A stretch of 64,000 nt of DNA, from assembly GCA_951406725.2 (NCBI GenBank), contig OX597816.1, positions 177,692,001 through 177,756,000 on the forward strand. The letters are read 5' to 3'. The stretch is from Octopus vulgaris. Its lineage: Eukaryota. The notes under the pieces were generated by a model that saw nothing but the letters and a program-made list of their open reading frames with translations, was not told the DNA's origin and searched no databases. This document shows positions 53,827-64,000 of this stretch, piece after piece. How positions within the stretch are numbered: position 1 is the stretch's first letter; each line of letters starts with the position of its first letter. A program made the translations under genes and the position numbers.

Positions 53827-53865
53827 ATAGAAAAACTGACTATCAATGATAGTCAGTTTTTCTAT
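53827..53865. other. Perfect palindrome, 19-bp arms with 1-nt spacer
   Basis: ATAGAAAAACTGACTATCA-A-TGATAGTCAGTTTTTCTAT. Confidence 0.95.
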
Positions 53866-54379
53866 AAACAAAATATACATGTCAAAGCAAGGTTAATGTT
53901 AGCAACCAATTGTTTATAAAAAAAAATGTTCAGCTTTGCTTCTGTAAGCATGGAAAGAATTCCGAATGGCGCCTCGTAGACAGCAGTCGAATGTAAACAG
54001 TAAAACACGGCAATATACGTTTATATAATACTGATCTTACTGAAATGAGCGTGTTATTATTGCTGGTTTCATCATCTTTATCATCGTTATTTTCGTCATT
54101 ATCGTTGTAATGATTATGGGTTCTGTAATTAATAATGACGACCTAAAATTATGAAACTCGGGGTAAATAGAATGTCGTAGTGTTCATACTTTTCCTTGGT
54201 CTATTTACATAATAAGGGAAACATTCAGCTAAAAACAGATTCGCATATGAATTTCCAACTGTCATACTAACACCATCACTACTAACAACAACTTCACCCA
54301 CTATTACCACAACAACAACTTCACCCACTATCACCACAACAACAGGCCAAAGAAGGAAGCCTCTGAGTGATTGCTTGAC

Positions 54380-54786
54380 TTACTCTTTTACTTGTTTCAG
54401 TCATTTGACTGCGGCCATGCTGGAGCACCGCTTTTTAGTCGAGCAAATCGACCCCGGGACTTATTCTTTGTAAGCCCAGTACTTATTCTATCGGTCTCTT
54501 TTTGCCGAACCGCTAAGTGACGGGGACGTAAACACACCAGCAACGGTTGTCAAGCAATGCTAGGGGGACAAACACAGACACACAAACACACACACACACA
54601 CACACATATATATACATATATACGACAGGCTTCTTTCAGTTTCCGTCTACCAAATTCACTCACAAGGCATTGGTCGGCCCGGGGCTATAGCAGAAGACAC
54701 TTGCCCAAGATGCCACGCTGTGGGACTGAACCCGGAACCATGTGGTTGGTTAGCAAGCTACTTACCACACAGCCACTCCTGCGCCT
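54380..54786 (-). mobile_element. SINE family A inserted into an old family D repeat
   Basis: Full copy; flanks TGCTTGACT | TGTTAGAAATAGC rejoin as the family D motif. Confidence 0.9.
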
Positions 54787-56129
54787 ATGTTAGAAATAGC
54801 AAATAAATTGTTAGAAATAGCAAATAAATAGCCCTCAAATCCCAACCTACTGCTTTATAAAGAAACGACATACATGATAATGTGATCGTAAATAAACACT
54901 AGGGTGGGATGGTCATTTTTTAAAAAAACCATTTTAATGTTAGGTCTGCCCAATCAGAGCTAAAATGGGGCTAGACAGTAACAGCATGAACATCAATGAC
55001 CATAATATCAACATAATGATTACAAGAAATGAGTCCAATGCGAATGAGCTCGTCAGTCTTAGTTGAGTTACTCGAAGAGAGGAACTATGATATGGAACCG
55101 AAATGCCTCGCTCCCTAACTTTATAAAGAACGGATAGATGAGTGTACAAACGTAAAAATAATTAAATCAGTTGTTCTCAACCTCTTGTTGTTCATCACCT
55201 CCTTCGCATATTTCAATAGCACTTAGATTGTGCCTCCTACTTGTTTTGTTTTTTGTTTTAGATAATTGCATGGATTAGTGTACCGCCCACGTTAGATGCA
55301 TATGAAAATTACAAAAAGCGAGAGTGTATAAGATTATATCAGACTTCAGCGCTTTATCAGTCATGTTTCTGCTTACTGATAACATAAGGTTTAACTCATA
55401 TTCTAACCCCGACAATGATTTTGGTAATGTGTTTAAAATATAAGTATCGCACCTGGTTTAAACATTTTATTTCTAAGAAAATTCTGTCCTTTCTAAATAC
55501 CTAGCACCCATCATAGCCGTCTCCCATCCTTGATATTTACCGCCCTCTGATGAACTCAGAACGCCTACAAGAGTGTGCTACCGCCCAAGTTAAAGCACTA
55601 TATTAGACAAATGGAACTGAAGCTGACGTTTCTTTCATTGTTTTCCTTTAACTTTTTGTTTATTTTTATAGTGAGGAGGGAGGTGTAATGATGCAGCATT
55701 AAGCGGAGAACAGGTTGTATCTTAACTACTGCTTGAAAGATTAGGATATTCTGGTGCTGTCGTGGAGTTTTACTTTAAAGATCTTTAAAAATACCTCGAC
55801 ATAGGTGATATGCTCGTACTCATAAATACTATTATAGCAATGTTTACATTGGGCCCTTTAATATGTAGAGGAAACCTCTTCCAGATAAGAGGAGTTAATA
55901 TTCATCTATTATCATGTTTAAGAAGTGAGAGAAAGATCAGAATTGACGAAAATGTGTTATACCACAGTATCAAATGGAATTAGTATGATGGCATAGACAG
56001 TGCACTGCTAGCAGGGGCGGTGGGCACAAATGCTGAGCGCCGACGAATGAAATTTCGTCGATCAGGCAGACAAACGCTATTTTCATTAGGACATATTGAT
56101 AATATACTCATTGCCGCAAATGTATAAGC

Positions 56130-56280
56130 AATATTTATTTCTTTATTGCCCACAGGGGGCTCAACATAGAGGAGACAAATAAGGACATACAAAGGGATTA
56201 AGTCGATTACATCGACCCCAGTGCATAACTGGTACTTACTTAATCGACCACGAAAAGATGAAAGGCAAAGTCGACCTCGA
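56130..56280 (-). mobile_element. 5'-truncated SINE family B with L1/Tx1-type tail
   Basis: ATTTCTTTATTGCCCACAGGGGGCTCAACATAGAGG.. tail joined to the central domain. Confidence 0.85.
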
Positions 56281-57510
56281 GTATATGTATAACTAATATT
56301 GCCCAGATTAATACGCTCTCGTGCTTTTGTACAAAAGTTGGTCAGATTGATTGCAGTTGTTCAGCTTAATATCATCAACTGACATTTTTCTGTCTTGGGC
56401 AGAGTCCACTTCCTTTTAAACATTCAGCTGAGGAGTGCGAGCTGAAGATTTTCATTCATTTCTTTCCATCTATCTCGGTGTCCCTGCAAAAGACCATCAG
56501 CAATCCCCATAATCCTTTCTCTAAATCATAAGAAAATTTAATAAAAACACCTATTGATTAACAAAACAACTGTGTGCGCGCCTCTACACAAGCAGGTAAA
56601 CACACACACACGTATATGTTATAGATGTTTGTGACATGAGTTTCGTGTCCCGCGGTTTATTCGAACAGTAATCAAATACAGAGCTTACAATTATTTAGAT
56701 TAACTTAAAATTCGAATCGATCACTATAATCTTATAGAATACCAAATTTACTAAATTCATTTCACATAAATAAACCTCTTTTAACAAAATATTTTATTTT
56801 GTGTAAATACCTATTTTTCTCGCCATTTGAATAAATCTTGAGAAGCGAATGTTGAAGTCAATTCGAATATATAATTAATTTGACTCCGTCCTTATTATAT
56901 CAGTAAATTCATCAGTAAATGTGTCTTGTTATTTGTCATTTTGCAACCCTAACAACAATAATGTGTGTGCGCGTGCGCGTGTTGTATGTGTACGGTTAAT
57001 GCCGTCTGCCGTTACTTCAAGTTTCATGATTGTTCGATCTATTTAACAGTCGTTGGTGTATAATGAAAGACATGCTTTAATTCAAGATAGGTCAGGTACT
57101 ATACTATTTTATTGCCTAACATAGATCACGTAAGTAACATCAAAGATCAATAATTCACGACTGACAAGTTTTTCGAGAGAGTATATAACACCATATCATT
57201 CTCAGGATATATTTTTATATACGTCTCATAGACAAAAATCAACATTTTGCTGACATATTAGTTTGGATTTCTAAGTCAAGTTTCTTGATATCTCATACAT
57301 CACAGAGTGAACAGAACATGTCTGTCTTGAGGAAAGTTTGCACTAGATTTGATAGCAGAAATCAACATTCAGCTTAAAATTTATGTTGAGTATCTTGATA
57401 GTCCCTGTGTTGGCTGCAGATTAAGCTAAACTGCAATTCAAAACCCACAGGAAGAGGAATAGGATTGAATACTACAAGTTTTTACGATTTATTATTTATT
57501 TATATATTGA

Positions 57511-57722
57511 AGGCGACGTGCTGGCAGAACTGTTAGCGCACCAGACAACTTAGTAGCATTTCGTCCGTCTTCACATTCTGAGTTCAAATTCCGCCGAGGT
57601 CGACTTTGGCTTTCATCCTTTCGGGGTTGATAAAATAATTACCAGCTGAGTATTGGGATCGATGTAATCGACTTATCTCCCTCTGCCAAACTTGTTGGCC
57701 TTGCTCCAAAATTTGAAACGAT
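57511..57722 (+). mobile_element. SINE family B
   Basis: Head, B box GAGTTCAAATTCC, central domain, tail. Confidence 0.9.
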
Positions 57723-57859
57723 AATTTATTCATGTATTAATTGCATGGAGACACGACAGATAGATGTTTTCTCTCGTATTTAAGATGTGGCCGAATAACA
57801 TCATAACCTTGCATTTTTCAGTGGAATATTATTTGACTGAAACTCCGCTATAGCCGATT

Positions 57860-58215
57860 CCAAGTCCGGTTGGGAAAGGAAGAGGATGCTAGGTGTAGTG
57901 TTAGAAGCCTTGCTCTATCAATTTTGTTCATTGTTGCTGAAATGCAAGACATATATAAATATGAAGCCGCTGTTGGTAAGAGGAGGCAGTCATCAGAGAC
58001 TGTGTATGAAGCAACACATCGAAAATCAAGAGGAAGTTATGATGTGGAATAACTTTCTCTCAACAAGACCAAAAACCAATACACAGAAGGTCCACAGAAA
58101 GAGAAGCAGTGAAAGGCGGCTATGCCTGGTGACAATTGCAATTTATTGCGAAAGGTCAAGAAAAATGGAGATCATTTGTTGGCTCATTATGCTCCATTTA
58201 TAGTCAAAGGAGATA
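57860..58215 (+). mobile_element. Degenerate RTE LINE 3' end
   Basis: RPKT.. then WRSFVGSLCS resemble the RTE C-terminal GRPK..WR..V..LC. Confidence 0.45.
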
Positions 58216-58304
58216 ATGAATAGTAACTGACTAGATTTTTGTTGTCCCACTCAGCACAATCATAGATTCATACATACGTGTATGTGTGTGTTTGATTATT
58301 TTAC

Positions 58305-58379
<75 letters not shown>

Positions 58380-58385
<6 letters not shown>

Positions 58386-58575
58386 TATATAGAAGGAGCT
58401 TCTACAGGACTAGAACTGTTTCATTCAAGAGAAATCTTCAGGGCTTCCTGAAGATTTCTCTTGAATGAAACAGTTCTAGTCCTGTAGAAGCTCCTTCTAT
58501 ATAATAAATTAATTTTACTCTGCTATGTATTGAGTACCTTATTTACTGTGGTTAACCCCGATTCAACCCGGGACC

Positions 58576-58578
<3 letters not shown>
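58380..58578 (+). mobile_element. Penelope-type pLTR fragment with inverted 5' duplication (63-bp-arm perfect palindrome), between (TA)n runs
   Basis: 58380-58442 is the exact reverse complement of 58447-58509, spacer GCTT. Confidence 0.8.
58441..58493 (+). ncRNA. Type I hammerhead ribozyme
   Basis: GGGCUUC CUGAAGA U-UUC-ucuu-GAA-U GAA ACAG-uucuaguc-CUGU A GAAGCUC; 7-bp stem I, 4-bp stem III, predicted cut after GUA (A58486). Confidence 0.8.
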
Positions 58579-58617
<39 letters not shown>

Positions 58618-61037
58618 CACACGCACATACACATCTGGCTGTTACTCTTGATATTTTGTAAACTCAGCTCATACTTTTATGTTATGTCACTTGCAAACGA
58701 TTTGTTGGACTTGTTTCTTCTTAAGTAAAAGTGTCATTATTTCCCACTGAACTCCAGAAAACGTATATGAAAGCAAATTATAAGTGGAATATAACATATT
58801 ATAGTAAGAAAAGCGATAAATTGTTTGTTATTGCGCTTTAGTTTGAAACTGCGTGTAGCTAAATCAAAACTGAAAGCAAAGTTATGTTATGTGTCTATTT
58901 TAAGAACAAACCAAAGTTATTTGAAGACGAAGTATAGCAATAGAAATCTTAGGGAGATGTGTGAATGAGACAATATTATCTTTAAAGTAATAGTCTTTAG
59001 TAACCTATATTATATGCTTTACATATGTTGTGAAAATGAGCTGGAAACGTAATTTGTCATGACGATTACAAGCAACTACTTGCATATGAGTAAGTCATCA
59101 TTCGTGGGATCAAAGTGTGGAAGCATTTTATTTATTGCGACACTAAGTGACAGTACTTACAGAAACTTTCATAGCAACATCACGTATTTCCCTTCAAAAT
59201 ATAAACATCAAATGAAAACAGAGAAGCATCTTAATATACAAGTATAGATGAAAAACTCTTCTGACAAACTTCAAAATATATTATAAATATTCCTATGGTG
59301 TTGAATTATGTTGTCATACAATTTTAAGTAAAGATGCAATGGCGTTGTTTACGTAAACGTTGATATGTAATACAGTGGCGCGTTTTCATAACAAACCGCA
59401 ACAAAATGTCTTAAAATTGTTAAATATAAATAAAAACAAATAAAACATTCTGTAAAAATATGAGAAAAATTGTGCAAAGTACTGTATTAACATATCTACA
59501 TGTAAATTGTATTTAAGAAAAAAAGCAAAAATATTTGTCAAAATAAGCATTGAAGTTCCTTCTGATGTTATTTGAAAATCCAAAGTGTCATCTTTGTGTG
59601 ACCATGTCAGTTTTATTTTATTTTCAGATCAAAGGGGAACCTATACTTGACTATTCCTACTTTCTAGAATAGAACTATCCATATTTATCACGTTAAAAAT
59701 GCAAGCACTTCCTGTACAATGTAATCTTAGACAAGATGTGTGACAAAAGAAGAAACGGTATAAACATGTGAGAACGACTTTGAAATAGGTCTCCTGGATC
59801 AGAGCTAACTCGAAGTTAAACAAGAAAACCAAGCTGCATTTGAGCCTTTGACAACAGATTTACCACAATGGTTTATGATTTATGGGACTTAACCCCATAA
59901 TTACAAATATATTTCCTATATAGGATTAATTAATTATTTTTAAATGTGGTGTCTTGTGTAATTAAAATCAACTACTAAGCATTTTATCAGAGCATAAGTA
60001 ATGTAGTAGGTTCTACATATTTTATAAGTTGGATGGAAACTTCTAGATATATGACTGTTTAGTATATTATTCTAGTGTAACATTCTCTAATGACAAGTGT
60101 CAAATATAGCATCTTGATATGGCGACAAAATGAGAAGATAAGGTGTTGCTTATTTCCTTGTGTTTCTTCGCTGTACACTTAACTCTATGTGCTCCGCTAC
60201 TATAGCTTGGACCTCTTTCTGCTACTATAGCTTGGACCTCTTTCCAAGTTGCCGAAATGCTCTTCTGGTCTAAGTATGTGGACTTATTTCATAAGGAAAC
60301 TAAATACATATTATTACTCCATATATCAATGTATCTTAGTACACCTACACTGGACTTAATATCTTCATAGAAAAAAAAAACAATGGTAAACCTATCTGAA
60401 TCTTCTTAGAAATTTCTGAAATGTTTCGTCTTCATGATCGTTATGTGTTTTAGATTCAAGGACATTAAATTATTGTACAGCTGTGCAAGTAATAATTGTC
60501 AGTTTAAACTGGTTATTTAAACTAAAGAATTAGTAAAGAGACTCCAACAAAATATTTTATGTACTGGCATCAAGTGATGACTAATAAAATGTTCTTTGTT
60601 CTTTGAAAAACAGTAGGTAATATATTTTGGAGAAATATCCCAAATCCTCCCAAACTTCACAAATGAAAACGTTGCAGGAAAAGCTCAGAAAGATTTGTAA
60701 AATGTCTGGGTGTAACAAGCTGAAATGTTGCTCCTTTATGTGGTTGGCAAACAGAAGTTAAAATACAATAAGAAACTAGACTAACGCCAAATTTATTCAA
60801 AACTATATTCAAGGTACACGTATAAACTATATTTTGAAATGTAAACGGATAATGTGTCTAGATTTTAATGCCATCCTCAAAATGTCCCATTTTATAGATA
60901 CAAGTATACAATCATCCCGAATTTCTAAAAAACCGAAATCCGATAAACTTCCGATTTAAAATGTTGCAGACGAATGATAATTGACCGTATAAGTTATTGT
61001 TTAAGCAGCACGTGTAACTAAGCTTCATATTTTGCTA

Positions 61038-61424
61038 GTGGAGGCGCAATGGCCCAGTGGTTAGGGCAGCGGACTCGCGGTCATAAGATCGCGGTTTCGA
61101 TTCCCAGACCGGGGGTTTGTGTGTGTTTATTGAGCGAAAACACCTAAAAAGCTCCACGAGGCTCCGGCAGGGGATGGTGGTGATCCCTGCTGTACTCTTT
61201 CACCACAACTTTCTCTCACTCTTACTTCCTGTTTCTGTTGTACCTGTATTTCAAAGTGCCGGCCTTGTCACTCTCTGTGTCACGCTGAATATCCCCGAGA
61301 ACTACGTTAAGGGTACACGTGTCTGTGGAGTGCTCAGCCACTTACACGTTAATTTCACGAGCAGGCTGTTCCGTTGATTCGGATCAACCGGGACCCTCAT
61401 CGTCGTAACCGACGGAGTGCTTCC
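61038..61424 (+). mobile_element. SINE family C
   Basis: Near-identical to 16939 and 31420 copies. Confidence 0.93.
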
Positions 61425-61899
61425 ATCCCATATTTCATTTGTTAAAGCTGACGCTTTACTTCACAACCGTCTTACTGGTCTCTTTATATTTTATATATGG
61501 TAGCTTAGGTTTTAAAAATATTATTTACGACATTGTTTATGAGGTTAAGAGATTTGTGAGAAATATCCTCTCTGAAGATTGTACTAACTGAATGTATCTT
61601 TACATTCCAAACAAAATACTAGCAAGACATATTTTCAAAAGGTTGTTAATCAATCAGGTACTGGAATATGAAAATGTACTGTTCCGTATATATATCAACG
61701 TCTTTTTGGAATATAGTTATCTACTATATCATATATAATATATGATTGGAAGACATAATACTCATAAATTACTCCACTCAATATTCGTCCATTACTTTTA
61801 TTTTGAAGCAGGATGGACTCATTTAACAGCAATAAAAGCACGATCGAATTTCTAGATGGTCATTCAATTTGTTAGAAACAGCTGCCAAGCACGATAAGA

Positions 61900-62051
61900 C
61901 TGAGTCGCCGGTCATTCGGGCACTGTCCGAGGGCCTGGAGCTCTGAGGGGCCCGCACTCTACATGTTAACGCTACTTTGATATCAATGCTAAGGGGCCCG
62001 GTAAACATTTTTGCCCGAGGGCCCTTAATACTCTTAGTCTGCCCCTACTGC
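61900..62051. mobile_element. GGGCCC-rich MITE-like fragment
   Basis: Repeated GAGGGCC/GGGGCCC motifs ending GCCCCTACTG in an AT-rich context. Confidence 0.4.
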
Positions 62052-62214
62052 CAAGTATACCTAATGTACGTCTTAATGTCTGAAAAGGGTAAGACATATT
62101 GTAAGTAGTCCTAGATAAAATGGGAGATTCACGGCTAAAATGCCTTTGTACATGGGTCTGTCTGCACGATGAATATAATCTGAACCTAAATATCACCAAT
62201 AACAATATATACAC

Positions 62215-62340
62215 TATGTATGTATGTATGTATGTATGTATGTATGTATGTATGTATGCATGTATGTATGTATGTATGTATGTATGTATGTATGTATGTA
62301 CGTACGTACGTATGTACGTACGTATGCATATATGTATGTA
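62215..62340. repeat. (TATG)n microsatellite
   Basis: Directly visible. Confidence 0.95.
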
Positions 62341-63044
62341 AATTCATATATATTCATGCAAGCACGTACATACACACATATATACATATATATCGTATAG
62401 TAGAATTCTACTGTTGCATAATTTAAGAATTGAAAGATGTTGCTGAGGATGTATAGAACGCATTGATAGAAATATACATTAACATCACCCAGGAGTGTAT
62501 AAATAATGTAAATGGCGTTGATGTAGAAACAATAGATAAGCCATATCTATGACATGTATACATACATCACACTGAAGTACGAAGTTCGCACATTTCTTCT
62601 CGACACACCCACAGCAGACGTCATGCTAAAATAAACCAATCGGCACTCATTGAATAACTACATTTATACACAAACTCTCACTCTCTCTCTCTCACACACA
62701 CACACATATATACACATGCATGTAATTAGGTGTACAAGTGTGTGCGTAGGCAGACACAATACGTATGCGCATACATATCGAAATACATGCGCATATACAT
62801 AAATACATACACGACTATATGTGTAAAAAATATATATATATATATATCAGACAAGTTTCATAAACTACAAAATATAAATATCCACACTACCACACTCGTA
62901 ACGTAGATGTTATAATACTTTGTCTCGATTTAAGTGTACGTGAAGGTATTTAGAATGCCCAAACTCATTTCTGCAACTGTGCCAAGCACTGATGCTGATC
63001 ATAGTTTAATCAACAAGCCTAGGAGCGAAGTAAATGCAGAGAAC

Positions 63045-63370
63045 ATAGTGGGGTCATCGGGGGGCCCATTTAAGCGGCCCTTCAGAAATTGAACCTCCTT
63101 GGAGTTCATGATATGAAATTCATTGTCATTGCCCCAATTTGGTCGCCAATGCCATGTTTTTGGTTTAAAATGCTGTAAAAATGGGGTCGAGACCAGTGGG
63201 ACCCCAATTAGACGACCTTTAAAAAAATAAACACGCTTATGACATTCCCTGCGATTAGGGGAGTTGCTGGTTCGAGTTTCGTTGTCCTTGCACCAAGGCT
63301 CTTGGAGGAGTTAACGAACTTAAAAAAGTAACGGACAAAGAAACATCACTCAAATTTATAATGGGATATA
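63045..63370 (-). mobile_element. Possible Helitron/Helentron-type non-autonomous fragment
   Basis: CCCCAATTTGGT / AGTTTCGTTG..ACGGACAAAGAAACA..TTTATAAT layout resembles the reverse complement of the 5' part of the Helitron at 9998; a similar piece lies at 23390-23560. Confidence 0.35.
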
Positions 63371-63387
63371 TATCTCCTATATAGACC

Positions 63388-63418
<31 letters not shown>

Positions 63419-63783
63419 CGTGTGTTATAATGGACTAATTACTATGAAGCATTGTGTAAAATATTTTGCATAAATGATCGTTGGTAAGGCCAAAACAACG
63501 GGAAGTAAATGCAAGGTCAGTCACAAGAAAACAAATATATGAATTAATGTAGACTAACCTTGTATTAAATATTTCGGGGTTATGACCCCATTTTCAAGAG
63601 ATTCATGAATGTTGCCGATGTGCGTGTGTGGAGTGGACATGCGCAGAAGCGTGTTGCTATAGCAACCAGCTAGCTTCCTGCAACTCTCTTCAATTGTTGA
63701 TGTTGGGTTTTTGCATTTTTGTTTGTTTTTCTTTTGGGGGGATCAAAAATTGAAGCGAGTTACAGGAGGGGAATTACATATAT

Positions 63784-63826
<43 letters not shown>

Positions 63827-64000
63827 CATACATATCACATACATATATACATACATACATATCACATACATATATGATACATATATATATATCATATAGT
63901 TCTATATTTAAGAAAGGAGGAAGTATGTACATTATTTACATTTCACGTATATTTGTCCTCATCTTGTTTGTTGTTAACACAACGTTTTGACTGATACACC

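Noticed and set aside
59610-59700. Host exon after the strong acceptor TTTTATTTTCAG
   Set aside because: All three frames stop within 15 codons and no homology is recognisable; a terminal or non-coding exon cannot be excluded without RNA data
60197-60244. CRISPR-like or functional repeat (GCTACTATAGCTTGGACCTCTTTC x2)
   Set aside because: Simple two-copy tandem duplication without spacers; similar slips at ~48401 and ~54788
61038-61112. Functional tRNA gene
   Set aside because: tRNA-like head of SINE family C, continuous with the SINE body in three copies
63960-64000. Half of a further hammerhead at the window edge (minus ..CAGTCAAAACGTTGTG)
   Set aside because: The GAAA is mutated and the CUGA half would lie outside the window

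Overview
AT-rich eukaryotic (animal) non-coding DNA with no host gene that I can support. The SINE families, LINE remnants and microsatellite load look like a coleoid cephalopod (Octopus-like); this is an inference. The window is a dense transposon landscape. It holds three abundant tRNA-derived SINE families, a young 5'-truncated Penelope-like (GIY-YIG) element, a Tx1/L1 fragment sitting in (GATA)n and two different R4/Dong-type fragments sitting in (TAA)n. It also holds RTE, Jockey/I and CR1 relics, two non-autonomous Helitrons, mariner and pogo derivatives, a foldback element carrying (CCCTAA)n and a 5S rRNA pseudogene. Three signals stand out. (1) Several sequence-unrelated type I hammerhead ribozyme motifs, some with non-canonical cores (U3-A8 covariation, A6 to U/C, extra nucleotide after A9), lie in small elements that mostly insert into (TA)n. 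(2) Two copies of an ORF1-only ('half-L1'-like) retroelement share their 3' tail with a SINE subfamily and resemble the Tx1 LINE tail. (3) Different retroelement clades appear to partition among different microsatellite targets.
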